The position numbers and the translations under genes were made by a program. The notes beneath the pieces are model-generated. The model worked only from the letters and a program-made list of their open reading frames with translations, did not search any database and had not been told where the DNA came from. From Coniocarpon cinnabarinum (taxonomy: Eukaryota): a DNA stretch of 55,965 nt. Within the stretch, counting starts at the first letter, position 1, and the number at the start of each line of letters is the position of its first letter. Of the stretch, positions 24,900-37,459 are shown in pieces. Location: NCBI GenBank assembly GCA_051942205.1, contig JAVECO010000158.1, positions 1 to 55,965 on the forward strand. Reading direction: 5' to 3'.

Positions 24900-27800
24900 C
24901 AAAAACGACATGAAGGGGCGATGAGCTTACTCTGTTCTGGCAGCGCTTCGCTGGTGCTTTCCTGACATGATAATGGTAAGAGTTTCGTGAGGTTATGATG
25001 GATACCACCGGCTGGCTACACTTGTGCAATGTTACGTTCGACTCGCTCATCACATCTTCTCTGAGTATGGTTCGAAGGTTTCTCTGAATCAAGCCGCATA
25101 CCTGACTTCCCGAGGGGCACGAGAAAAAGAGGGCGGACTTTACTACTTCCGAAATTCAAAGTGCTTTTGGCTTGAGATACACATTTGTCCATTCCAACGC
25201 CATAATTGTGATAGACTTCGGCAGCATGAAGGAAGTGCTACTGTTCGTCACTATATGAAAAATCGAAACTTGCTAAGATCCAGGGTGTGTAAGGGGGAAT
25301 GATCCCGAAGCGTCCTTGTGAGTGTGTTCCAAAGCTGAGCATGAATTCCCTCTAGCCTTTGTTTGATCTGCTGGTCCATCGAAAGACTGCCATTGAATAT
25401 ACCTGAGTCTCGTCGGGCTAGAAGTTGTCCTTAACGTGATCACTATACAGTTCAGCTAATCACGTGTGACCTCCCCTCCGTAGACGACTGTAGATAGAAC
25501 ATGGAGCAATGTAAATGGGGATAGAACTGCCTTGAAATGAATTGCAAAAGATAGTGCTGCATACATGAGCTTGCCCAAGAGTGAATTGAGGGGACAAGGG
25601 CATCTTTTGTCTTGCTCAAAAGACCTTGATGTCTTGAATGTCTTCTGTACTATGTCCAAACTTTACTCGTATCTCTCGCCATGTAGCAATGATCATCATT
25701 ATCAGCAGCGTGATGGAGAAGACCGCAATCATCACTGTATGAGTATTTGCACTCGGTTTTAGGAATTGCACTATGTTCAAAATGCCCCTTATCTTTCCTA
25801 CTGGGATGTTCAAATTGAGCCTATGTCCTCTATCATGCTCGATGATACCAACGTTTGAATCGGACAACATCTATTGAATATTTTTCATTCCCTCTAGCTT
25901 GGCAAGCGCGTTTCAACATGATTTAACTGAAATCATAGCCCAGGCTAATTGGATCGCATGCGATCGGAGCTCTTCGGAAGTTTTTTGGACCATTGTGAAA
26001 ACACGTATCAAGCAAAGGTCAATATTGAAGTACAGTACAGAGTGTCGCATACAACAAGAGTTCTCGCGAAAGGAGAGGGGGCGAGCTTATGATTTTCGCA
26101 TGAGCATGTCCTGAGCGTCGCATTACCCATCGGCAAAGTGTTTCTGTGAGCCGAAATGCGAGATCTGATGATGCTTTGCAGCGTCAAAGTTGGTCTTGCA
26201 TACGTGTTTGGTATTGACGAAAACTGGTCACGCATGCATGAGATGAAATTTCAAGACGTGAGCGTATTTTTGGCGCTCCGCACTTCACCCCTCATACATG
26301 ACGATCTCTCTATGATGTCATTAATGCATGCTATTGACGTGTGTATCTGAGTCGCTCGCGACTTAGCAATTTAAATTGATGAAGCTAAAGGCTGGAGTTT
26401 AGATCACGTGCTAATCGAGTTTGTGTTGCATAGTTGAAGTGGATGTAATATTTAAAGGAAACATTAATTGGTCGTGAATTGGTTTGACAAAACTCAAGCA
26501 AAGGAATAGCTTGATTCAGACTTAGATTTATCGCAAAGGAGGGGCCTGGATTATGCTGTGTAATATGTTCAATCATTCTGATGCTTTGGATAAGTCAGAT
26601 GCTAATGCTGTGCAGCGTCAATGCTTGTCTTGCCTACCTCTCTGACAATGATCTAGCGGTAAGCATGTCAGTAAGAGTGCTTGTTCGTATTTGAGAACCT
26701 CTGCATAGGAACGGTATCATTGTTTCACTTGTGCAATTTTGCGTCTGATTGTAATGAAATTGATCGAGTGGCAAGCTATAATTGAATAATTTAACTCTCT
26801 TGTACTATTTTGGTGGGCATTTTAGGTCTTGTGTAAGCTATATGTGCACCAGAAAGAAAGCAAAAGATTTTTCGAGTATCGTCGGGAACTCAAGAACAGC
26901 TTAAGAGCAAGCGCCTTGGCACCAAAAAGAGGGACTTCGCACACATCTTATATTCTAAATTGTGCATATAATTTTGCACGAGTATGCAGCAACGATGCTG
27001 AGCACTGTGGGTCTTAACGCAATCATGACCAACATACTCAGCAATAGAAAAGACCACTGGTGGACTTAGTATAAGTTACGATTTCGCTATATACGAATCT
27101 GATGCCCCTGTCGATTCGCTAAGTCGAGGCAAGCAGGCGCGACTGTGCGCAATGGAGTTTCTTAATGTATCAAGTCTCTATGAAAACAAACAGTTGCATT
27201 CTTTAGTCCCCAGAGAATGAGAGACAGCGGGATTGAAAACACAGGCACACGTTTGCATATAAAGAAAACAATGGACTATAAACAATCAATGCCAAAGTAT
27301 GCAAGAGTGGCAAAGACTGTGTCGTGGACCTAACAGCCGACGAAGCGGCTCTGTTCAAATGTCATGTTTTCAAATTGCCTATTGGAGATTGCATTGCTAT
27401 ACATCAATGATGCTGGACACCCCTGGCAGGTACGTGGTGATGGTTGACGTCTTCAGCATTGAAAAAGATTGCGGATATGCTTAGTACAAGTTGCATAATC
27501 ATCCCGAAAATCCAATAACCCCTAGCAGCGTCTGGAACGAATTGGCGGCACAATTATGCTCTATGAAGTGAACACTAGTGTCGAATTGAAGAACTAAGCA
27601 CTATGTGTTTTGATGCTGTTTTGATGCACAAAAAATGGCTTGAGCAAGTCACGCATGTGTCAAACGAATTAGAGGGACCTTGAAAGCATTTCTAAGGTCC
27701 AAAGCGGCTTTGACTAAGACCAGAAAGTGGCTTACATGTCCAGCGGCTCTATGAACGCTTCGTATTTCTGGACCTGGCTATGCGAAAATGTTTCAACTTA

Positions 27801-28600
27801 AAGGTCAAAAGGGTGACGCTGACCATTGCGACAACGCACGCGGTGCTACACGACATGCGAAACGTTGAGGTAAGCAAGATCGGGCATGTTGTTGTATGTC
27901 AACGGTCCCCCTGTCGTCGGAGAAGGCAGATGGTTCAAGCTCCTTAGCTATTGGGCGTGTAGAGATGTCACGTTTGGATGTCAGCATGGTAAAGTAATGC
28001 AGCGTCATTGGAATGGATCTGCTGGGCAATATATAAATGAGAGAAGATGGCGAGGATAATGTTGGATGTACACAAGGCTAATGACAATGCAAGAAGTATG
28101 GGGCGCGTTCTACGTAAGGGGCTTACTGATTTTCTGCGCTATTTCGCTTGGAACTCGATTGGACGCGGTCGAAACCTCAAAAAATCGATGCTGGTGATGT
28201 TTAGTATTGCTACATTTGATTGTGAAGTTCATAATCATTAGCAAGAATTCAGAAACACTCTCGTGGGTGCGAGACTTAAGAAATAGTAATATTCTCCTTG
28301 GACTTCCTTGGAAAAAACTACCAAATGTTGATGATGTGCGCCGAGATTGAATGTAAAACGCACTTAGGAATGAGTCCTCTTCCTTTGGACAGCTCGACTA
28401 ATTCAAGTGTAAAGAGGTTGAGATTATGTTCTTTGATCTGCGAGCGGCGGCCAAGTAAACCAACCTATGCGTAGTCTGGGCGAGGGTTTGCTTAGTATTC
28501 GACTGATGTCTCACCCGATGTCAATTGAGTGGGCTATGCGACAGAGAGATACTACTGATGACGCGCGTCACCGTTGAGGTTTCACCATTCGTGCTCCTGT
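24900..28600 (+). repeat. More degenerate continuation of the array; GCAGCGTC(A) motif at ~450-bp spacing
   Basis: GCAGC(G/A)T at 25221, 25705, 26178, 26612, 27525, 27999; palindrome TGACGCGCGTCA at 28559. Confidence 0.5.
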
Positions 28601-31600
28601 TAGTGAGAAAGGCTGGATATGCCAAGGAAGGTTTGAGATATGCATGTATGAACGCTGTCGCTTCGTCCCCTAGTCGACTGCGTTGCGGATTGCCGCTGAC
28701 TAATAATGATGCACATAGATGCAAATCCTGCCCCATGGATAAGATATAAGTAAAATGCTAGAGTGACTGTTGTGATCGACTATAAACCAGGTAAAGTGAG
28801 CTGAAATGAACTAAAACCAGGTCGGTCGTGTTAAATGGATAGCAAAGTCAACCCATCATACTGGGGTTTAATGGGGACCCGACTGGTGAAGGGGTTTAGA
28901 AGGAGCGTGCCAAATGGAGTTCTATCCATTCTCATTGTGTTTGCCACACGCAAGGTGGTGCTGAGGAATGAGAAGCTGGTAATGCTCCGCAACATTTGGT
29001 GCGATTACCTGGCTCTTACCATGCCCTGACAGGCCTTCTCATGTGATAAGACCTGCGAGCACTCTTTTTCGATCCTCTGCGAAGGCCGTCAACCCTTGGA
29101 GGTGGTGACTACCCATGACATCATGTCATGGTGGTACTGTAAATAATCTCTGAGGCTTTCCTTGCGCCGCTCCATGTGTCGTACGCAGGAATTCCTTGCT
29201 CATTTGAAAACGCGCTTAATGGCGGCGCAAGCTCAACTTTGAACAGGCTGTGGCCGGAAATGATGCACAGTTCGTCAAGTACAATGGAGGTGATGGTGAG
29301 GAACATCGCTGGTTCGTGTGGAAGTGCCTCGAATCGAGATGAGCCAGGTGCGCAACGTCAAGACACGAACATAATAAAGAGTAGAGGTCCCCTGCCGCAG
29401 GATCACGTTGTATAGACTGGGAGCTTTAGCAATGGAAATCTCTAACCAGTAACTGTTGATTTTTTTATACTGCGACTTTTGTATAACCTGATCATCCGCG
29501 ACTTGTGAAGGAAGCGATTTTTGGTGGACTTGTGGGTGCTCAGTCCTATGTCAAGAGCTGTTGGAGGAGGCGCATAAATGTGACTTGAGCATCTCAAACC
29601 GCGGAGAGAGCTGCCACATCAGAAAGGAAAATCTTACAACACGAGCCCGTGAGGGGCCGCTCTGGCAGCCGGAGGGGCTGTTATGGCTGATTGCTTCGAG
29701 ACCCTTATCCGAGGAATGCAGAAAGCAAGCCAGACCGTGAGCTCTCGTAGTGAAAATGGAAAATCCCACCGAGAAGGATGGCTCATGATGTCACAGGCCT
29801 GAATGGCACGGTTGATTTGTTTTTGTTGCCAAGGGGCGCGCGAAATGCGCGAAAGGCATGCGCTGTCACGTGATTTTGCATCGTCACCTCCACGAGACAT
29901 AGAGAACCGCGTCTAGGTGCAGACAAGCAAAGGCTTGTACTGAGACAGGGCGTGGCTCAAATTACCCACTCTAGCATGATCAGGGGATGGATGCTTGAAC
30001 AAATACCATATTCATCAAAGACTGCGATGTGCATTTTGAAGCACAGACTTGAAATCAACCAAAGATACCCCGGCTGTTATTAAATGGGATTGGGAGAACG
30101 CTTGGAATTCGCCGAATGACATCAACACGAAGACACGAAGCGTTCATGGGCGCGAACAAAACGATATGTGTCGTTGCTCATCGTCTTTGCTCCGTGCAAC
30201 ATCTTTATATGCACATACTCGACTCAGTCCAGCAATGTGGATAGCAACCCTTGCTCGGTGGCACAAGTCGACTCCCTGCATTTTGTTGCTAAACGAGATG
30301 GTCTTGTCTGCGTGGGGGAACGAAATATACACTAGAGCACGCCGGTGATGTCCATTTTCTGAAACCCGCCACTATCATTTAAATAGCTTGCGTGCCATGG
30401 AAATAGTTCTAACAGGAGTCTGCGGTCATATTTGTTCAATGTGCACACAACGATGAGAATCAGAACACCCTTGTCAATTTCGATGCTCTACACAGAACAT
30501 TATGAGTAAGTGTGTTCCGATACACAAGCATTTCGAAAAGGAGGAGCATCATTGTGAGCAGATGATGCTTGAAGATATTAAAGATTGTATATGGTGTCAT
30601 TGAAACTTGGTTAGCGAGGACGGCTTTGCTTCTCGCAAGTCGCTCGAGACGTTTTTCACCGGCTTTTAATTCAGGACCGCATCGCTTAACGATCATGAGT
30701 CAAAGACACCACAGGGGGTTTTGAACCTATTTTTGCATAGAAAAAGAATACAGCCCACATTCCACGTGGTAAAAGGGAAATAGATATCTCTCAATAGAAA
30801 AAAGGGACTTATACTTTGCTAATAATGCACAGGTCCAAGTCAGATGCTCCGCCGCGAAGGACTGTGATTTGAGGCGATTATCGTTGTCATCAGCGACTGA
30901 TTGCAAATATCTAACGCACTCTGCGAGGACAGGGAGGACGAGTCAACGAGGCGTGAAGTCAAGCTGCCTCTGATTCTCTTCATTGGCCGCTTGAATCATC
31001 AAAGTGTCAATTTGAAGCCGGGCTTACTACGTCGAGGCATCCGTGTCGTGCTAGATCGCAGCGCTTGACTAGCTAACGTAATTTTTAAATGCGGGCTAGG
31101 CGTGCTCAGGAATGCAATATGACCACCTTTGAGGCATCAAATTCGATGTCCTGAAGCTGTTCCCGCTTAGGTTCTCTCCTTGACGAGAGAAGGTAGTACC
31201 ACAGTGCTGGCCGTTATCATTCTCACGTAGCTCAAGATAGCACTCTTTCAGAGGGTCATCGCTGCACATCCGGAGCGATGCGATCGCCAGCACTCATTCA
31301 TCGATGACCACAATACATATGCTCTCTCACTGCAAGTGATATACTTTTGCGATTCAATGTGTATTGGTCAAGGTGCAAAGACTGAGCCGGTGTCGGAGCT
31401 TCACGTGTGACTTGGTAGTGCACGTGATTTCAAGTGATTAGTCAGCGCACACAAGAGAGCCTAATCCGTTCGACTCATCACTTCTTCCGTTGTTGAGCGT
31501 CACAATCTTTCTCACCCGCCATCCATCAACAGCAAGCCAATCCCACCTGCAACCATCGTGGCACCTGTCTATTATCTTGCTAAAAGACTAACACAACTCC

Positions 31601-31694
31601 AACAAGACGGGCAAACGCCTGTCCCGCGGGACTACGCGTCTCCACAGCTGGAGCAAAGCGACGCCTCACCGCTGGACCCCTTGGACCATTTAGC

Positions 31695-32296
31695 ATGCCC
31701 AACCCTGTACCTCTTGCGACTAAAGAAGAGGAAGAACGACGCGCCTGGGTCACCGCGCATCATGAAGTTGTTCGACTCATCAAGGAATGTTTCGGTGATC
31801 GCTTCTCCAACAATGAGATCTTTGACCGCCTGAAAATCTCGCGTCGTACAGGCTACCGGGCCTTGGGAAACGATGAGCGCATCGGCAAGGCGCCAGGCCG
31901 GAAGCCTAAGATTGCTGAAGATACCATACGCGAGATGATTGACTATATCGAAAGCGGAGGTTGCAATGATGTTGGCAATGTCTGGAAGCATCTTGCTGAA
32001 AAGTTCGCTCCTGATTGCAACCCGAAGACCGTTCAAGACGCGGTCAAGAAATCGGGCTTTAAGAATTATCACAGTGAGTTTGCTAGCTTTGAGGCTCGTG
32101 GCTCTTCGACTGACACACTGCAAAGATAACGTGAAGCTCGAGCCTCTGCTAAATGAGCAGCTGCCTGATGGCCAGATGGCCCCAATCGAGGAAGACGCGG
32201 CAGCCGAGCGTTTACAACAAGAGCAGGAGCAACAGCGAGCGCAAGAGCAATCACAACAGATCGAGCAAGCCCAGCAAGCGGAGCGGATCCAGCGCG

Positions 32297-32334
<38 letters not shown>

Positions 32335-33288
32335 CAACAAGAGGCCCAGCAGCAGCAACAGCAGCAAAATGTCTTCGACCCTGCGCTGCAACAGGCTCAA
32401 CCGCCACCCACCAATGCACAAGACCTCCTCCGCGACGCAATTAATTCAGCGCCGGAGCAGCACATCCGTTATGTCCTCCACGAAGTCACGAACCGCTTTC
32501 AGCCAGCCTTCCAAGTCGCTCATCAGTACCTTTGCACGCAATTTCCGGCGCCCGCAGCCCCTCCAGTCGCTCAAATGGCAGCTGCACATCCCATGGCTGG
32601 TTCACCTCTGCCGCACCTTCGCTCCAGCGGTGTGGACTCCCCAGATATGATCAACACCAAAGGACGAAGAGTGGGTGTCTGCCGACGATGCAATCACCAG
32701 TTTGACCGAGCAGAGAACACCATGGAATCGCGGAACTGCCTCTACCATAAGGGTTCTCCTCAAAAGACTGACCCCTCGTCACAAGGCACGATTGAAACTG
32801 ACCCCATTGCGTTCATTTGGTCGTGCTGCGGAGGCAATGGTGACGTGCGTGGATGCTGTCGCGCGATGCACACTACGAAGAAGAAGCGCAAGTACAGCAA
32901 GAAGCGTGATGCCACCACTGCTGGTCTGGACAATGACTCTGGGGATGAAATTGATGATTCTTCGATCATGGAGTCTCAAATGACTCCTTCCCAGCAGCAT
33001 GAATACGAACAGATGTCTCAACAGCACGCTCAAGCGCTGCAAGCACATTCTCAACTGGGCAATGCATTGGGCGGAGTGACTGATCCCAACATCGACTCGA
33101 GTCTGCAAGACTTGCAGCCGCAGATGCATAATCAGCAACAGTTGCAGGTGCCGAACATGCCGATGGGTGCCCCTCAAGCAGCCATGGGTTCTCATGGAGG
33201 AACGCCACATCCGATGGATGGCAATCACGAGCTCTCGGCATTGCAGATGGCGAACCAGCAGCCTCCTTCGCAGTCGAATGGGACCTGA
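31695..33288 (+). CDS. Putative nuclear DNA-binding protein (~513 aa): N-terminal Tc1/mariner-like double HTH, polyQ, Cys/His Zn motif, basic NLS. Exons 31695-32073, 32126-33288
   Basis: Intron 32074-32125 (GTGAGT..CTGAC..AAG) joins the two listed ORFs in frame. SNNEIFDRLKISRRTGYRAL..GRKPKI..WKHLAEKF..CNPKTVQDAVKKSGF; CRRC..CLYHKG..WSCC..GCC; KKKRKYSKKR. Confidence 0.85.
32299..32340 (+). repeat. (CAG)9(CAA)5 coding microsatellite (Q14)
   Basis: Read directly. Confidence 0.95.
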
Positions 33289-33849
33289 ATCTCCCAAGGT
33301 TCTAAACCTTTGCGTGATTCAATGTCAGTTATTTGAGTCTTGTTACGTGGGATCCGCACGAAGCCTTCGCGAGCCGTTGTGCAATCACCGAGGACGGTAA
33401 AAATCTGTGTCACTAATGTCGCTAATGAAGAAAGCACTGCGAGGCGTTACGGGATGGGTGGCAAGCTCAGACTATGACTGAAAAGTGAGCACCTATTCGG
33501 ACGCGGGAGGATGTTGATTGCATACCAGTGTCTTATTTCATAGGAGACCTGTAGAGACTGTAGCAGTACTTCGTTGTAATCGTAGACCTTTCTCACATTT
33601 CCATTAACTAGAATCCAAACGCTGTTATCAGCCGCTGTGGTTTAGCGTTGGCCGTCAAACGATGAAAGAGTCACGTGATCTTCACGGAAATAAAGACGTA
33701 CAATCGAGGGGCCTCCTTTCAATTGGCTCAACATCCATGCATTCCACTTTGTGCTGATACATCTTCTTACTCACACTTCAGGTCTCGTCCGCTGCTCCGG
33801 TGTCCGTAGACACTTGCATTTCGCGACTTACCGCCTTCTCTCTGTGAAC

Positions 33850-35482
33850 ATGGCGCTCGCAACAAAGACACAGAGCCAGAAGATATTCGAGAAGCTGAAG
33901 TCCAAGCCCGCGAACAAAGTGCGCAACCCTCAACACAATTATACCTGCGCATGCCATTGCTGACCGAAAGAACAGGTGTGCTTCGACTGTGGCCAAAAGA
34001 ATCCCACATGGTCCTCCGTTCCCTTCGGCATCTATCTATGTCTTGACTGCTCCTCGAACCACCGGAACCTAGGCGTCCACATTTCCTTTGTGCGCTCCAC
34101 GAATCTTGACAGTAAGCCGCACATGCGCCCTGAAACCCATGGCTTTGGCTAACACGATATTCAGTCTGGCAATGGGATCAACTGCGGATCATGAAGGTTG
34201 GCGGCAACGAGTCCGCAACGAAATACTTCCAATCCCACGGTGGCTCCGCAGCCCTCGCTAGCAAGGATCCCAAAACAAAATATACCTCTAACGCCGCATC
34301 GAAATACAAAGAGGAGCTCAACCGACGAGTCGCTGTTGATACTGAAAAGTACCCAGAAGAGGTCATAATCACGGATGTCCCAGACGAGCCCGAAAGCAAT
34401 GGCACGAGCACCCCTGCAGAACCCGATAACGATTTCTTCTCTTCATGGGACAAGCCCACAATTAAGAGACCGAGCAACCCACCTTCGCGCGTCGGTACAC
34501 CTTCACAAGCCGGTCGGACCGGGTCACCGTTCCTAAACGCAGGTCCCAATGGAGGCCCGAATCGACCCAAGTCGCCGCTCAAATCTGCTGGCTCAGAAGA
34601 GAATGGCGCCGATAAGAAGTCCACACCCGCTGTCGCCGCCGTCCGTAAAACACCAACAGCGTCCGCAAATAAGCCCAAAGCGAATATCCTGGGCGCGAAG
34701 AAGAAGGGCTTGGGCGCAAAGAAAGTGACTAACACCGAAGACCTTGATTTCGAGGAGGCTGAGCGCAAAGCCCGCGAAGAAGCCGAGCGCATCGAGAAAC
34801 TGGGCTACAACCCCGACGAAGAGACACCAGCGCCCGCACAGCAAGCAAAGGACACACCCGCTTCCTCCAATGCAGCACCTGCACCTCAGATCGCCGCACC
34901 ACAACCAGTGAACGCATCCCATCACCGCGCCTCTAGCGACGTTGAAAGACTAGGTATGGGCGTCAACCGCCTAGGTTTTGGTCAAATGAAGAAGGGCCCT
35001 GGCGCGGCCACCGCAGCGAAATCCAAACCCATGGGCGGCTTTGGCGCTGTCTCGCGCACGCCGCAGCCAGACACTGAAACCGAAACAGCCGCCCGCGATA
35101 AGTTTGGCACACAAAAGGGCATCTCGTCGGACGAATACTTTGGACGTGGGCAGTACGACGCCAACTCCCAAGCTGAGGCCAAGTCACGGTTACAAGGCTT
35201 CGAGGGCGCGACGAGCATTAGTAGTAACGCTTATTTCGGGCGACCGGAAGAGGAGGAAATGGCTGGCGGTGCGAACGGCGACTATGGTGATATTGAGGGC
35301 ATGGCGCGGGATGTCATTCGGAAGTTTGGAATCACGGCGGGTGATGATTTGGATAACGTGCGGGAGTTGTTAGGGGAGGGCGCGACAAGGCTACAAGGTA
35401 TGTCTGGGAGGGGGTGTTTGATGTGGATGATAATCTTGGCTGACGATGCGCAGGTGCGATCCGCAATTACCTCAACAGTTAG
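33850..35482 (+). CDS. GLO3: ADP-ribosylation factor GAP, Glo3/ArfGAP2-3 type. Exons approx. 33850-33918, 33976-34111, 34165-35397, 35454-35482
   Basis: [28 protein letters not shown]rfGAP zinc finger; KKKGLGAKK region; tandem Glo3 motifs GISSDEYFG and SISSNAYFG. Confidence 0.95.
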
Positions 35483-35936
35483 ACACGTTGATACCGTATT
35501 TTGCGAGAGCATGACTTGGCGTATCAAAGTCTCAAGTGGAGGCGAGAGTGAGGTCAAGACGTCTGTTTGGCGACTGTGTCACTTTAGACCATGTAGAATG
35601 GACGTGTCTACTTTTCAACCGTGTTTAGTCCTTTGTCTATGACATATTGTCTCGTCCTGTGCACGTGCATGCGTGTTTGCACAACGAGCTATACGCGGTT
35701 CGCCAACGTCAGCACCGCCGCCTCTTCATCTTTGAAACCCTCTTGCATGTCTTTGCACTCCATCCGTACGCACCCAATGCACTAAGCTCAGATCGCTCGC
35801 CCATTTTCTAACACTGCATAAACCCCTTATCACCTAGATGCCCTGCGAACTCCTCTAAGCATCTCTCGCAATCCTGTCTCACTTGCTTGAGCTTAGCCTC
35901 ATTACCGGAGGGCTTCCTTGGCTCGTGTCGTGCAAC

Positions 35937-36812
35937 TTAATCTAACATATCCTCATCCCAGAGTCGCTTGTCGTAGCCTTCTGTCAATCTCGCGTCTTCG
36001 CCGTAGCCAGCTTGTTGCCAAGCTGCGAATCCACTTAGTCTTGTCAGCTTGTGCTCCTTTCGTTCCGATGAGCTTTGCTTGCTGTGGCTCAAAGCAGCGG
36101 GGAAAGGAAGAGACATACCTGTCCAATACACCAACCCACTGTCCTACATCTCCTTCCGCGCTCTCATCCTGGTCCTTGGATGACTTCACGTCTTCGATGG
36201 GCCCGGTAAAGACCCTGCCCTTTTCGGATCCTAAAAGCCGTTCGCGCGTTCGTGCATATTCCAATGCCGCTTTCGGGCCACTGAGCCTATTAAGCAACGT
36301 CCTATCCCAGCATTCTCATACACTAGGAACCAACAAGAAAAGAGACCTACCGCTGTTGACACAACATACAATGCAATATGACTATTTGTTTGTCCGCTAG
36401 TTTTCGTGCAAGTTCGGGCAGAGCTGTTGCGTGACTTGACGAGGGAACATGCTTTGAGTCCTTGATGTGACCGCCGATGTAGTCGTTGTCTCGGACGTCT
36501 GATTTGTTAGAAGTTCACATACGAAACAAGCGGAGCAAGTGAGGAGTGGGAGGAAACTTAGGCTTCGAACGAAGCCTAAGATATTAATGACTTGATCGTA
36601 TGAAAATGAGGGGGGCGAACCTGATGTGTTGAGTAGAGATTGGAGGGAACATTATGCAAATCCCGGTGGAAAAAGAGTGCTACAGAAAGAGGAGTTGAAG
36701 GTTAAGACGTACCTATCACCACAAACGAAGGAGCAGCATCAGGATCCAACACAAACTCTCGCAAGCTAGATGCAGTGATGCGTGGAAGCGTCGCAATATT
36801 CATGCTAGACAT
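35937..36812 (-). CDS. ibp1: Rhodanese-fold Cdc25-like phosphatase / arsenate reductase (Ibp1/Ych1/Acr2 family). Exons approx. 36812-36713, 36498-36351, 36280-36119, 36033-35937
   Basis: Spliced protein MSSMNIATLPRITASSLREFVL..VID|VRDNDYIGGHIKDSKHVPS..IVILHCMLCQQR|GPKAALEY..VLD|SGFAAWQQAGYGEDARLTEGYDKRLW has the HCx5R loop and the family N- and C-terminal motifs. Confidence 0.88.
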
Positions 36813-37459
36813 TGTTAGATGTTCGTCTCCAATATATCTCTCGTAAACACACTATGGATTGATGAGGGAGAAGATCTCGTACGAATGAATGTCACTCGGC
36901 CGAGACGCGCACCATATCATGATGCTGAATTTCTTTCAGACTCTGAAGAATGCATGAGGAGAGAACTTTGGAAGGAGATAGCTCGCTGACTTCCGGCTCG
37001 AACCAATCCAGCAGCGGCTATCGTATGCACACAGAAATACAATGATGCGCGGCATCTCTCATCGACACTTGCGATGATCATCACTACAGTTCGGTGATCC
37101 TGGATGGACATGATGAGGATTCTAGGCATCACCATTCTACCTGAAGGCCTAGAGCGTCAAGCTGAGCTGTTCCCTACGTCAAGTCTGGTGGTCATCTCCT
37201 AGATCCTTTGCTGACAATAGCAATGCGAGCAGTGCTACGTGCACCTGAAATGCCCCATGAATAACTTACGATATACCGATAATCAGGTCTCCACGTGATT
37301 AACGACAGGTGCCATTATTTCTCTACTCTCTACGCCTAGGTCAAGCCAGTCATCTCTTGTGCCCTTCTAGAGCAAGTAAGAAGGTATCAAAGCAAGATTT
37401 GGAACTCGCATATAATCTTCAGGTGCATTGGGCGCATTGCCATACGCTCTGGTCCCAAC

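Noticed and set aside
22291..31293. Short ORFs (60-110 aa) in desert 1
   Set aside because: No recognisable domains or coding-like composition; consistent with chance. The same applies to the short ORFs at 36917-48374.
31695..32129. Active Tc1/mariner transposon
   Set aside because: No DDE domain or terminal inverted repeats; the HTH exon splices in frame to a host-like exon.
35398..35642. C-terminal extension of the GLO3 ORF as listed in the track
   Set aside because: Read-through of intron 35398-35453; the spliced form ends GAIRNYLNS* at 35482.
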